A stretch of DNA of 64,000 bases from Camelus dromedarius (lineage: Eukaryota), in the NCBI RefSeq assembly GCF_036321535.1, contig NC_087436.1:44022001-44086000 (forward strand), in the 5' to 3' direction. Of the stretch, positions 50,709 to 64,000 are shown piece after piece. The position numbers and the translations under genes were made by a program. How positions within the stretch are numbered: position 1 is the stretch's first letter; every line of letters starts with the position of its first letter. Below the pieces are notes generated by a model that did not search any database, was not told where the DNA came from, and saw nothing but the letters and a program-made list of their open reading frames with translations.

Positions 50709-50912
50709 CAGTGGTGTGCTGATATATGTTTAACAATTGGCTTGCCAGGGAAAAAGAGTCCTAGTTTGTCGTGTTTGCAATTTTCTAGTGTAAATATTGC
50801 CCCCATACACAATTTCAAGCTACCAACTTGATGTCACTGAAGGCAGAGTAGGGAAAAAAATGTATACAGTTGGTTCCTGCAAGCCAATGCAAGCTGACAC
50901 CAGCACACTACG
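50709..50912. mobile_element. MER63-like hAT-Blackjack DNA transposon
   Basis: TIRs cagtggtgtgctg...cagcacactacg, about 200 bp. Confidence 0.7.
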
Positions 50913-51629
50913 AGACCAAGAATGACCTGACTGGTGGCCAGGAATGGGAAACTACCTTATACATGATAGCTTAAGATATGAGAGAACTAAATTCTACAAA
51001 ATACTGAGTTTTTACTTTAATGAAAATGGATTTATTCATCTATAGTCAGCTTATTTGTAGGTCTTGACCTTTTCCCTTTGAATTAAGGGCTGGCAGTATG
51101 AGCGATATATACACCAATAATCTAATAATACAGCATTGTGACTTCTAGCTCTTATTCATAGCAATAATAGTTTCTAAAATTGGCTTGTATCTGAGATTGA
51201 AAAAATTGAGAATTATGTTCGATCTAATTCCTTATACCTTGAAGCAAAGAAATGACCAATTTCTCTTCATTTGAGGCTGTCAGTATAATCTGCATTCTAA
51301 TATATTTCATCAAAGAAAATATTTTATTTCCATCAAATAAGAAAGTTTGTTTTTTCCCTATAAAAGCAAATAATTTGATGGCATACTACTATAACTAATA
51401 ATATGTGCAGAAAGAAGAGCAGCAAAATGTCTCATTTCTTTATAGAATTTAATATATACCCTATTAACAGCAGTGTGCAGATACATAGTAATTGACAGTA
51501 TATTAAATAATTACCATTAAAAGTTAATTTTAAAATATTTTCAATATTAGACACTGGTGGAACCAGAGCTGTTATACACACTATCTTTTTTACATTCCAA
51601 GAGGAAATTAAAATTCCTGGTAGTATTAG

Positions 51630-53395
51630 AAAAAATGCACTTTTGAATATTTAATGTAGATATACAAAATCTCATGACTTCTATTAAAAACCTTGCAATT
51701 CTACTGCACACAAACGAAGAGACCTTTTCAAATAATTTGCACTTATACCGAGTTCATAAAGGTTACTATAAAAATATTGCAAACCCAATAAAAACACAAT
51801 GATATAGTACAAGTCTTTCTTTCTAAGTCAGACTGTAAAAGATATGTATTTATACAAATGCACAAACTTTTTAGTGCTCTCTGGTATTTTTATTTGGGAT
51901 TTTCTAATTTTAGAAATCTAAATTGAACATTTTCATCAATTTTCTGCTTCAGAATGGAAGACAGTGAGAACTTGTACAATAAATTTTAAAAACAGGATTG
52001 GGTAAAAACTTTATAAAGTAGAAGAGTAAACACTTTACACACTTTGGTTATTGCCCTGCCAAAGATTAAAAATGCCCTATTGTCCCAAGTCCTCTTATTT
52101 AACTTGAATTTCTAATTATCTTAACTACCTCTTTTTTGTCTACATAGAAACTCTTTGAGATGAAAGTGTAAAGATTTTAGGTTCTCTAACAAAATTCAAA
52201 CTGTCACAAGCCATTTCCATTTTCTAAGTGTATTTAAAGAAATATTTATTTCAATATAAAACCCCAAAGTGCTGAATTAAGACATTAATAACATGCCTGG
52301 GGCCAATTACTCATTTGGCTTTAGCCTTAAAGGAATATTATACAATTGGCTGTTGAGTTCCAAACTTAAGCATTTGGTTTTATACGTAATACTCTACTTC
52401 CTAATACAGATATCAAAGAAAATGAGCTGATTTTTAAAAAAAGAATAGTAAAGAATTTCAGCCATAATACAAACCAACTTTGGGGGGGGGGGGAAATCCA
52501 TGCCAACATAGGAAGTAGATTTTTAAAATCTTACAATAATTGCTATAAAAGAACTATAAAATGTAAATTTCTGAAAAAAATACAATGAAATGTCTCTTTA
52601 GGAAAATACACAACTGGTTAGATACAATAATATATAGCATTACCATGGGGTGTAGCCAACTATGGACCTGGCTTATGAGACTTTAAAAATTCACAAAAAG
52701 TAATTAGCACCAAAATTGTCTAAAACTTCAAATGATATACTGAAGTGATTCCAAGCCCAAGTATTACATTATAAAAAGGTTACATTTAACTTGGGACGTT
52801 TCTCCAACAATAATAAATATATTTCTTTTCAATCTTTAGAAAATATGCTAGCTTTACTGATTTTCATCAAAATGTTAAGGTAGTGTATAGTAATTATCAT
52901 TTACATTGGTCTGGGCTGAGCAGGGACAACAGAAATCCAAATTACTTCCAAATAATACGGGTTTTCTTTGGTGGGGGTTGGTGGGGAGCAATTCTCCAAT
53001 TAAAACTTATTTTTAGCTCCTTGTTTCATCCTTTTTCTTCTAAATGTTTTATTGGAGCTCTTTACAAGACCTGTATTGCCCATTTTGAATTTCACATTCT
53101 ATTTTCCCTGCTCACTTTTGGTGTTATTTAAGATCTGTCATGGGAATAGGGGTGTCTGAAAGTGGGCACAGATCACAGCAGATAATTTTGAGTAAGTTAC
53201 AAAATATATATTCAACCCTATAATAATCAAGAGTTGAGTTTAATTTTAAACAACATCAACTTACAAATTTAGTTACAAAACAGCACACAATTTGAAACAA
53301 GGCAAACTTTTCAGCCTTCATGTAGTGAAATATAGAACTTCACTAATTACATATATGGCTACCAAATGTCAAACAACAGTTCATTTGGCCCTATT
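51630..53395 (-). other. FAM241A: FAM241A 3' UTR (distal end uncertain)
   Basis: AT-rich stretch without recognisable repeats downstream of the stop codon. Minus-strand poly(A) hexamers: AATAAA at 53053, 52250 and 51894; ATTAAA at 51655. Confidence 0.6.
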
Positions 53396-53704
<309 letters not shown>

Positions 53705-54487
53705 TTAAGAATAACAACTGTCATAGATCTTTTCTAATCTTCCCAAGTATATACTGGTCATACTTCTGATAATCATTCAATAATACTTGGGAATTGTCCT
53801 TTTGATTGTCATATAGGACAACTGTGTCTGTGCCCAAGAAAATGGAGAGCACTGACTTACTGATTTCTACGGAATCAACATTGACTGGACCCTCAACGAG
53901 ATGATTTACAAGATGAAGGATATAGCTGATTCATTTCCATTCACTTTCTAGTTTCCTAGAATTGCACAAAGACAACTTCTTAAATGAAGACTCATGTTCA
54001 TATTGCTCTTGTCAGTGACCATGATTTCAGAACCACCTTTTTCCTCTATTTTGAGGCAGGGCCCTGGATGGCTCTATCCTGGTAAGTAAGCTTCTTTTTA
54101 GACCACTCCTTTTGATACTGAGACTTCATGGAACCTAGCCTCAGCTGACTGGAGCAGGGCTTGCTGCTACTGTAAGCAATCCTCAGCTGTTACTGCTGTG
54201 ATCTTTCAGTCTTAGCTGGAGAGCTAAGAACACTTCAGTGTAGGATCTTGCATAGTTTCCTGTCCAAATTCTACAAAAGTCCTAAATGCCTCTTATTAAT
54301 CTCATCAGAAGAAACCTATAGTTTCCAGGTAGGAAGCATTTTGTACAATAAACCCAAAAGTCCATGTAGAGGTCAGTTCCCCAGAAAATGCTGATGTGTA
54401 CCCAATTAAACATACCAAAAATTATATACTATTTCTATTACCTCTTAGTCTTACAACAATTAAGGCTTTCATGTTAGTTATTAAGCT

Positions 54488-55340
54488 ACAGTCTCTCAGC
54501 TTCAAACCCACCCTTTGGAATCCTGCAGACATATCTGGCTCCCTGTTAGGCTCTGCCAATAGAGGAACTAGAGAGACACTGCACAGCTGGAGAAGGAAGA
54601 AGGGATTTGCTCTTTCTTGTTGGCCTCTCATGGGTTTCTTGGTCCTGTCAGTCTCACTCTAGCAATAGTTTACTCTGGCGGTGGTAGGACCTTCCAGTAG
54701 CAGCCACTGATTTCCATCTGGTGGCTTCTCAACACTTGCAAAATCACTCTCAATGTGCCTTCTTGAGATACCAGATCAAACTCGTGAGTTCCTCTTCCCC
54801 AGATACCTGCTTCCCAGGTCTATGATGTCCCTTCTTTGAGTCAGAAACCAGCACTAGGTGAGCAGTGATCAGTTCTTGGAAGTCTGAGCTCCATGGATGG
54901 GGCCTTCCCCAGTCTTCTCAGTTTTAGTAATTCCACCTCTTTTCTTTGCTTCCCCAGGCTTAGGAGTGGTAGCTTCTTCCTGTTGTTACTATCAGTGGCA
55001 CTTTAGCCTACTTTAGTGCAGTGGTTTTTAAGCTTTAGCATAAGGTAGAATCCCCTGGAAGGCTTTTACGCACAGATTGCTGGCCCACCAGCAAGGTTTC
55101 TGATTCAGTCAGCCACAAGTAAGGCTTGGAGTCTGAGAATTTATTCTTCTAACAACTTTCCAGGAGATGCTTATGATTTTTTTTTTTTTTTTTTACCATC
55201 TTTGGATATCATGACCTTAATGTTTTCTTTTTGTCTTTTCTATTCTTCAGTGCTCACTTAACAATTCTTTGTATTAGATTATCTTTGTTAAAATAATTGA
55301 TATAGTTTCTCTCTTCTCACTAGACCGTAATATAGTCACA
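54488..55340 (+). mobile_element. ERVL solo LTR (LTR33/LTR41-like) with a nested MER5A fragment at 55019-55155
   Basis: ctccctgttaggctctgccaatagaggaactagagagacactgc...; 3' end gttaaaataattgatatagtttctctcttctcactagacc. The MER5A piece reads cagtggtttttaagcttt...agaatcccctggaaggc...gtttctgattcagt. Confidence 0.65.
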
Positions 55341-58049
55341 AAAGCAAAACTATGTCATGTAGGTGACATAGTGGTAATTATAATTTATTAAATCTAATTT
55401 ATCCTAGGAGTGATGATTCAAATCAGTAATTAGTTATTGAATATCTACTTGCTCATAGTAGGTGCAAGTTGGAAAATTACTCATGTTTTAAAAAAAGCTT
55501 TAGGTATAGGGTTTCACATATTAACAAGTAAGTATTAAATGCCATTAAGTATGTTGTCTATGCCAAAAAAAGTTAATTAGCTTAACTTGAGGCACTCTTC
55601 AAACATATGAATCAAACCTAGATTCCTTTAGTAAAAGCCAGAGCTTAATCATTTCAGAAATCAGTAAGTAAATAACTAAAAATATCATCATTAAAAATTT
55701 CTCTATCCTACACATACAGTTTAAAATACATATTTAAAAATAAAATAAAATAAAATACATATTTAAAGAAAGAGAGTGATGAAATCTAATTTTTATTTGC
55801 AATAGACAAAATGATTTTCAATATGACTTTAAGCTGGTCTTTTCCTGTATAATAGTAATTTATGTAGAGCACAGTGTCATTGATGAAATAGTAGAAAAAA
55901 TGAGACTCAATGGGTCATCATTCTTAAGTCTACATTTTAAGTCTAAGGAGGAAATATTTTTGAGTTATAAGTACATATAATTTAATAACTTACTTTTCGA
56001 TTTTCATTTTTACCAAAAAAAAAAAAAAAAGTGAGAAAAACAAAATGCTGTGGAGATACCTAGGGAGATAAAATCCAGGCTCAAACATTTACACTGAGTG
56101 TGACCTTGACCAAATTACTTCACTTTCCTGAGCTTCAGTTTTTCTAACCCACAAAATGGAATTTATATGAACCCTTTTTGATACTGATAATATCCTCTTG
56201 AATTATAATTTATTTGTTAACCCTTCCTTATTTTTTGTATTTTAACTTCTAAATTATTTTTTCCTTCACTCGTGCTAAAATTAGGTCAGTTTTATTTTTC
56301 TCAGCTTCCCATACTTTATAATATGTTCTGTGAGAATATACCACATTAAAAAAGAAAAACAAAAAATCTTGTTCTTTCCTGAGATTAAGCCTTTCTTTTC
56401 TTTACAATAGAACCTGAAGAGTCCTTAATTTAGTTTGTAATTCTTCTGGTCTCTCAACTCTCTCTTTTACTCCAGGGTCTAGAATTGTATCATTTCTGGC
56501 CTCTTTTTTTCATTTTTTTATTCAAGTTTTTTTTCTTTTTTACTACCTCCAATTTCTTTTAATCTATGCACTTATTTTGTACTTTGGGGTTTTCTGTTGT
56601 TACTGAAGCCTTTTTAAGACTTTTTCAGTGTTTTTGTGGTTTCAGTACAAAGTAAGTACCCTAATCTGAAGCAGTTTTTTCTGAAGATTTACTTTAAATT
56701 CTTCTACATTCTGCTTGTGGGTTTTTCAGGGGAAGAAGTAGGTGTTGCAACACTTAAGTCAAAATAGGCAATTAGTTAACTCCTGGAGGCCAAGTGGGGA
56801 GGCAGCAGTGAATCACACCATCTCAGATCCTGGGAACAGCTGGTGGGGCAGAGATTAGAAGTGGAAAACCCAATAAGGACTGGTCTGGGTGTGCTGTGGC
56901 TGCTGCAGCCTGCTGCTTCTCTTTTTTTTAATGTGAAAACTTTCAAACCCACAACATTAGAAAAAGTACTACAATGAACCCCTAAGTATGTATGAGCCAG
57001 ATAAAATAATTACTAAAACTCTGTCACTTTACTGAAGCACTTCTTAATCTGGGTAATCTAAAGAAGAGGAAAAAGGCAAAGTCACTAGAAGAATGCCTAC
57101 AAGTGGCATCTCTTCACAAATGAAGTTCTGTCGAAACAAAGATATCCAGCAGTTAATTGGATGGGGGTTCAAATAATCCTAAAGGAAAGACACTTAAAAA
57201 CATGGAAGAGAAAAAAGGCAGCATTCTTGGATCACTGACATTATAGTCAATCTTACTACAGTATTTTCTGTATCCAGGGTATCCCCTCAATACCACAGTC
57301 CTACATTCTTTAGCTCCCTTACATATTTGATCTCTGAAAAAAGAAAAGCTATGTAAACACATTTTCCTTTTTTATAGAATGAGTACATTTAAGACAGTGA
57401 AATGAATATCACTATCTTTTTTTTTGTTTTTTGTTTTATATCTTTCTTCACTGTTTATAGCATACTTGAAGGTGAGTTTATTCAGCATAAAATTGCTCAA
57501 AATTTTATTTTCATCTTGTATAAAAATTTAAACAAGGTAAAGCTATTTGCAGCAGTTTAGTACATTTTTCATAGCCCTTTCGAGGTATTGAAGACTAGAA
57601 TTCAGATTCAATTGTGAAAAAAGACTTAAGAGAATTAAGAGAAAGAATTAAGAGAAATGCTTAGCACAGCTGCAATACGGTTAAAAATCAACCACAGACA
57701 CATACAGAAACACTTCACCCATAAAACAATATACCAGTGCAGAAATGCAAATGGCATTCCCCCAACCCCTGTTCTACCATTAATCACTTTATGTCTTTGC
57801 CAAATTTTATTCTTTGTATGTGAGGTCCCAATGGAAGAACATTTATCAAATGCACAGTTTCCTTCATGGTCATATAATAGTACTAACTATGACATGCACA
57901 TTAAAAAGGATTCTCACCAAAATAGTAATATTATTATTTTTGTCCATAATTAATGACATAGGGGTGTTAGAATTGATTGAAAATCCTTCTTAAAAGAACA
58001 CAGAATTAGTGACGAGAAATTAAAGGTGAATCCTTAAATAAATTGTAGG

Positions 58050-58352
58050 ATTTTTAGGAGAGAAGGATCCGTAAAGATAATTAAATCAAAGTCTCTCACT
58101 TTAGAAACAAAAAAATAAGAGGTTAAGTCACACAGCTTAACAAAAAACACAAGTTTTGAAAGCAAAGAGGATAGATTCAAATCTTTCTCTGTCGTGTAGA
58201 CAGGGCAAATTACTTAACCACTGACCCTCAGTTTTCTTATGTATAAAAGGGGCATTTATCTACCTCATAGAGTTGTGATAATAAAATAAGGAAACATGAA
58301 AAGCTTTTAGAATACACACAATAATCACTCAATATACGGTAACTACTATTAC
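58050..58352. mobile_element. MIR fragments (other MIR pieces at ~10160, 18330, 21010, 22100, 26310, 37970, 38520, 46080, 56075, 59230, 63200)
   Basis: MIR core motifs such as gggcaaattacttaacc...cctcagttttcttatgtataaaaggggc...ctacctcatagagttgtg. Confidence 0.7.
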
Positions 58353-58689
58353 TATACTTTCGGTCGAATTTATGTTTTGTGATTTTTATTTCTAATCTCT
58401 TTCTGTTGTAATATGCTGTCTGAGAGAATAAATACCTTAGTGATCATCTTTCTCATGATAATTAAATTCAGTTGTGTTTTTCTTAAGTGTTATGACAATT
58501 TAATTATATAGAAGTAGAGGGGGGATGTTTTCTATGGCACATCCTTACCTTACGGAATAATCCATGCACATTAGTGTGGCAGAACCTGCTTATTCACTTT
58601 AAGAAGAGTGCAAGCTACAGTCTATAAACAGGCTTTTACTGACTGGGTGACAATTTAAGATTGACTTTCAATTGCTTTCCCGTATACAG

Positions 58690-59219
58690 TATTGGAAATC
58701 TGCTATTTTTGCCTGTGTGCTTTTTATTCTACTTTCTTCTGCTGGTATTTCTTGATTTAACTTTGGGGAAACCTTCCCCTACCCACTCTTGGTCCATGTC
58801 TTTTGGCTGAATATGTCCCTATTCCCTAGTTCCAGGCCTGGCCAATCAGAACATTTCATTTCCTTGGGCATGTGATTAGTTAAGGAATGAGCATTACAAT
58901 CCAAGACAAGCCAGTGAAAGCTCTACCTAAAACTTTTGCTGTAACTATTGAAAAAGAGACATTTTTTCCCCCACTGCTATTGGTTAGCTGGTAAGATGTA
59001 GGGCATCTTATTACAATAAGGGGAAAGCTTGCTATGAATGAAGCCAATATAAAGTAAAGCCAAGAAATGACATAGTTGATGTTGTGTGAATACTTGAATC
59101 CAGCTAGTGCATCTGCCTTTTTTTTTTCTTTAAATAACATGAGCCACTAAATTCTTGTTTTGTAAAATCTATTAAAAGTTGAAGTTTTGTCACTTGGAAC
59201 CAAGAGTTCTGACTATACA
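58690..59219 (+). mobile_element. Old MaLR LTR (MLT1-type)
   Basis: ggcctggccaatcaga...catgtgattag...; 3' end gttttgtcacttggaaccaagagttctgactataca. Confidence 0.7.
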
Positions 59220-59873
59220 TGATGATGATGATAAAAAAATATTAAGAGCTACCATTAACTGAATGTTTACTATATGCTAGATACTGTGTTAAGCACTTTA
59301 TATTCATTATGCCATTTAATCTTCATTTATTATAATAAGTATGATTAGTTAATTTAAAAGCCTGCATTCTTAACTATAGTGCACAACTTCCTCACTAATT
59401 TGGTTTTACTGTTTTATTGTACTAGCAATAATGAACATGATAAATGTATTAATAATAGTAAAAAAATAATGAGGGTTATGCAAGTGGAAATTTTTAGATA
59501 TAACTTTCTAAAAGTTTTAAAAAACTACATAAGAATACATGGATACATGGTTATTATAAATATTCAGATAACACAAAAGGATACAGAGTAAAAGCTAAGA
59601 TGCTGATTTCTTTTTGTCACTTTAGGTTAACCTTACCTAGCTATCAAGCAGAGCCAGACTCAATATCCCAAGCCCATGGAAATCCTAACTGGGAAGGTAA
59701 ATTTATTTCAGTATACATTTCAAGATGTATAATGAGCAAAAGGGAGACAATTTTTAGGTAGCACATAGTAATCTGTGAATTTAGGTTCATTAAATGAAGA
59801 AATGAATGAATGAATAATTCCTAAATCTTCTTTCTGCAACCTCTTCTCCTTTGAACTTGTTTATTCAACTATA

Positions 59874-60302
59874 CGTTTCACCTGCTATCCAAAAGTAGCG
59901 TGTTCCTATGAAACCTTTCGTAAGTCAAGATGGAGTAAAGCGAAGAAGCAATTCTCTTAGGACACATCTTGCTAATGGATACATAAAACAAACTGAGAAA
60001 AAGCACAGATGCTCACAGACACAATTCAAAGCTATGGTGGCCTGATGCTGAGATGCTGAGTGTAGTTCCCCGGAAAGGAGTTTGGTGGGGTCCCTCTATA
60101 GCTACTTGGGATGTATGCTGTTTCTGTAACAGCTCACTGCAAAACAAATGTTGAGCACTCTTTTCCCTTTACACCTTTTTTTCTTACAAGCAAAATCCTC
60201 TTTGGACTTCTTTTGATTATTGAAAGCAGGAACAAACTAATGAAGGTCTTTCATAAAAGTGAAGTGGTGGAAGGCAAATTTTTAAAAAGCAGGGAATACC
60301 TG
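59874..60302. mobile_element. MER82-like TcMar-Tigger DNA transposon
   Basis: TA flanks; left end ...cctgctatccaaaagtagcgtgttcctatgaaacctttcgtaag and right end aaaagcagggaatacctg form degenerate TIRs. Confidence 0.75.
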
Positions 60303-60329
60303 TACTCCATTGACTGTTTTTCGACTTCA

Positions 60330-62690
60330 CTAGGATTGTAGTCCAGTCTCTAACTTCTCTCAATCCACTTACCCTCTTCCTTCTTCAGTCTCCTCATTCA
60401 GCTTGAGCTCTATGACCCTAATTTTAATAAAATTTTAAACAATTTTGTCTCATAGGGCAAAACCCTAATCTCGGAGTAACAATTATTTTCTGTGTCTGCA
60501 CCTGAGTGTGGTGCTCTGGAAAGTCACACGATAGGGTACCAATAGTTTACGACAACACTAAACAGATCCTCAAATACATTCCTTCTTCATTTCTCTGCTC
60601 ACCTCTTTTTTTTTTTTTTTCTCTGCTCTCTACAAAGACTACTTCAAATCTCTTCTTTTAAAAATCTTGAGCTACCTCCTACTCCTGTCTTTATCCCTCT
60701 CCTTCAGCAAATTACCGGACCTTCTATTTCTCAGGAAAAAGAAGCAGTCAGCAGAGTGTCCTTAACTTTGTGATACTAAAAGTATCAACTGCCAAAGTTT
60801 ATGTCCATCTTCCTTGTATTCTCTTTTGTTACAAATAAAGAAATAAGGAAGTACTCCTCCATCTTTGTCCACTTCCTCTTACCCATGCTTACGCTTACAT
60901 CCTTTCCTACCTTATAGTATCCCTTCTCCATTATCCCTCTGTCTCATATTTATTCAGTCTTCCCCACTCAATTGGCTCCTTTTCATCAGTATTTATACAT
61001 TTATACATCTTTCCCCCTTAATTCATCTAAGCCACATTGTCCTCTAGCTTTGCCTTGCCTTTTCTTCTTCATAATCAAACTCTTTGAGATAATTCACTTT
61101 GCTTGTATCCAGTTCTTCATCTTTATCAGGAACTGTGAAGGGACTGATATTTTATCCTACTTGCATGTTAACAAGTTAGCCTATCATGGTTTCATGGATA
61201 TTGGCAAAAGACATAAGCCTCCTGGGTCTGAGATAAAGGACTTTATTACTCATGCCACAGGAAGCAGCCCAAGTTTCATGTTGATGCTGGTTTCCTCCTA
61301 AGTCCCACAGGGTGATAGTGGCATAGGTAGATGCTGCATGTAGTGGATTTGTGTCACAGCTGAGGAACTCTGAGCTTAGGGAATGCTTATCTTTTATAAC
61401 GGGCTGTAAGCAAATCTGCCTGACCTTTGTCCCAGAGGGAGACATCATCTTTATTATATTGGAGAGCAAACAAATCTGCCATCTATTCCTCAAGGAAACA
61501 CTATTCCTATCTTTCAAGTTTGTTCACTTAACAAACATCCTTGAAAAACAGTCATGAACAGAAGTTCTCAGTGCAAGAGATCCATGGAGAATTGCTCCCA
61601 ACAATCTTCTGTTCAGACCTCAACCTACTCCAGTCTGGCTTCTGTCCCCATCATACCACCAAAACAGGCCTTGAAAAGGTTACCAATAAACTGCCACATC
61701 AATAAGTTAGAGAGTTTTCAGTTCTTATTTTATTCAACCCCTAAGCAGCATTAATGATAACCATTTTTACTTTTCTTTTGAATTATATGATATCACATCC
61801 TCCTGTTCTGTTTTCATCCCTCTGGCTGTATCTTTCTCAGCCTGCTCTGTCGGTTCATCATCCTCAATTAGCTATTAAATATTGATCCTCAATCTCTGGT
61901 CTTAAGCCCTCATCTCTTTTTTCTTCCATATTTTCTTCCCACATAAGCTCATCCAAATCTTACAGTTTCAGTTACCAACAATAAATCAGTTATTTAAATA
62001 CTATATTCAGCTCAAACCCTTCTTCTGCACCCGTATATTCAACTGCCTTCTCAACAGTTACACTTGGATATCTTGAATATACTTTAATGTTCATCAGGTC
62101 CAAGGTCAAACCTATGATCTTCCTCCTCAAAACTGGTCTTCATTCAATGAACAGATTCTCAGGAATAAAATCCATCTTTAATTTCTACAATCCAGAAACC
62201 CAGGAATGATCTGCAAAACCTTCTTTTTCCTAATTTCCTATATCCAATTTATCAGTGGGTTCTACTGCTTTTAACACTTAAATTCTAAGTATCTCCCTAA
62301 TCCACTTACTTCTTCCTGTATGATTCTACCTACCTATCTCACTTGTTCTCATCTTACACTCTGACCCCTCCTTCCCTTTCTCTACTTTAGCCTCCCTGTC
62401 CTAATTTGAGTCTCTCAAACTCACCTGCTTTCCTTGACCCAGAGCTTTTGAGAAGTTATTCCCTCTGCCTGGTACTTTCCACCCTCTTCTCTTTATTTAC
62501 TAATTCCTATTCATTCTTCAGATCTTGAGGAAGGCTGTCCTGACTTTTCTGCTAGAAAACTCTTCTTATTAAATGCACTTATCACACCACATAGCTATCC
62601 TTATCTCAGATGAATTTTGTGTTTTGCTTGTGTGATTATCTGATTCATGTTTATTTCTTCACTGGCCTGTAAGCAGCAAAAAAAGCAAAA
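60330..62690 (+). mobile_element. Long decayed L2 interrupted by an LTR
   Basis: Pyrimidine-rich L2 body (ctccagtctggcttctgtccc; ttcaactgccttctcaac...ttggatatct; tgtaagcagc). Confidence 0.75.
61124..61603 (-). mobile_element. ERV solo LTR, 480 bp, with perfect 5-bp flanking repeat
   Basis: ATCTT on both sides (61119-61123 and 61604-61608); TA(for TG)...CA termini; minus-strand AATAAA at ~61247. Confidence 0.75.
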
Positions 62691-62719
62691 ATTATGTTTT
62701 TCCCTCTTAACTCTTTCTT

Positions 62720-62995
62720 TTTTGATTTGACTTATACATGTTGTGAAATGCTATTTACCATAAAAGATTTGTTTGCATTATCTCATATAGATACAATAAA
62801 AAGAGAAAGCAAAAATAGAAAAAAAAAAAACCCCTGGGGATGAGAACTCTTAGGATTTACTCTAACAACTTTCATTTATATCATACAGCAGTGTTAACTA
62901 TAGTCATCATGTGTATATTACATACCTAGTACTGATTTATCTTGTAACTGGAAGTTTGAACCTTTTGACCAGCTTTCTCCAATTCTCCCTCCCCT
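62720..62995 (-). mobile_element. L1MA9/10-like 3' end fragment
   Basis: gatgagaactcttaggatttactct...ttaactatagtcatcatg...atttatcttgtaactggaagtttgaaccttttgacc. Confidence 0.75.
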
Positions 62996-63782
62996 TTAAC
63001 TTTTATATTCTCAGTGCCTGTCATATTTTAGGCAATTCCATCATAGATTACAACATCTTACAAGGTGTTTGATGTAACCATTCTACTAATTTGGCCTACT
63101 TTCTAACTGTCCCCTAAAATGAGCTCTATTCTAGTCACATACCCTGCCCTCTGCATCGTCTCCACTCACATGTTAAGGCTTAAGGTAACAAACACTGTGT
63201 TAACATCTACTATCCTTGTTTCATATGTTACCCTATTTAAAATTCAAAATAACCCTATGAGATAGGTATATTATGGTGAGTCTGAGACTACTTCCTCAAA
63301 TAGAGATACATAATATATAGATATTATGTGGAAGAACCAAGATTGAATTTTAGAATGATTCCACAACTATGGCACTATAGTAGATAGGCAATATTATTCC
63401 CATTTTAAAACTCAGTATGTAAAAGGTTCTTTATTGCTTAGTCATAAAGTACGAGCATTTATAAAGCCAAAACCTGAATATTTAGATAAGATGGAAAATT
63501 CTGAGGCAGGGCAAGGAAAGCCTTTTAAATGGAGGACACATTCTCCATGGATAGTTAGCGGAAATTAGGCAAGATGTAATGAGACAAATATCAGTGAAGA
63601 TCCCAATTACTGCATGCCAGGGAAATCAATATGTGAAGAACACTAATAAAGAGTGCTTTATCAGTTAATTAAAAATTAAACCCCAGAATAATATTTTCAT
63701 TATTGCATTAACCATAGGACTTGGCAAGATTATATACTGTTAATAGTTCAAGAGGCTTATCTGTTTGTATGTTTCCTCCCCC

Positions 63783-63783
<1 letters not shown>

Positions 63784-63817
<34 letters not shown>
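63784..63817 (+). repeat. (AC)n microsatellite, about 17 units
   Basis: Directly visible perfect dinucleotide repeat. Confidence 0.97.
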
Positions 63818-63820
<3 letters not shown>

Positions 63821-64000
63821 TTCTGTTCTAAATCCTGCCCTTTGTCCTTGTAAGTGGACTCCTGGAATCAGGAAAATGATATTGGTTCCTAGTCATAAAC
63901 AATTGTGGGAAAGTGTCTCAAAAGAAGAGAAAAGAACAGGCACTTACAGTTTTCTAATCTCTTTTATTTGTTGGCTGGTGTACAAACTGTCTTCTCAAAA

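Noticed and set aside
54551..54575. CTCF-site-like position in the LTR33/LTR41-like element (gccaatagaggaactag)
   Set aside because: Core GGGGGCG is too degenerate to support binding.

Overview
Mammalian (eutherian) genomic DNA, AT-rich and heavily occupied by decayed transposable elements. It is most likely from a camelid, based on a tRNA-Ala-derived vic-1-like SINE at ~45.3-45.5 kb and the absence of recognisable Alu, B1 or Bov-A SINEs. Two protein-coding genes are partly present, both on the minus strand. (1) The last coding exon and 3' UTR of FAM241A (C4orf32) lie at ~51.6-53.6 kb, with intron continuing to the right edge. (2) The CpG-island promoter and first coding exon of AP1AR (gadkin; MGNCCWTQCFG...) lie at 8777-8859, with intron 1 running to the left edge; this exon is absent from the supplied ORF track. 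The order and orientation match the human FAM241A-AP1AR locus as I recall it. The ~42 kb between the genes is mostly old L1, L2, MIR, MaLR/ERV solo LTRs and hAT/Tigger DNA transposons. Almost all ORFs in the track are chance ORFs. I found no evidence of a new multi-gene biological system. The most interesting observations are three upstream AUGs in the AP1AR leader (one overlapping the main start), an unexplained diverged 75-bp duplicate in AP1AR intron 1, an ETS-CRE composite promoter motif, and several very short TSD-flanked retrotransposition scars. Repeat family names come from recalled consensus sequences, not from a database search, and many repeat boundaries are approximate.
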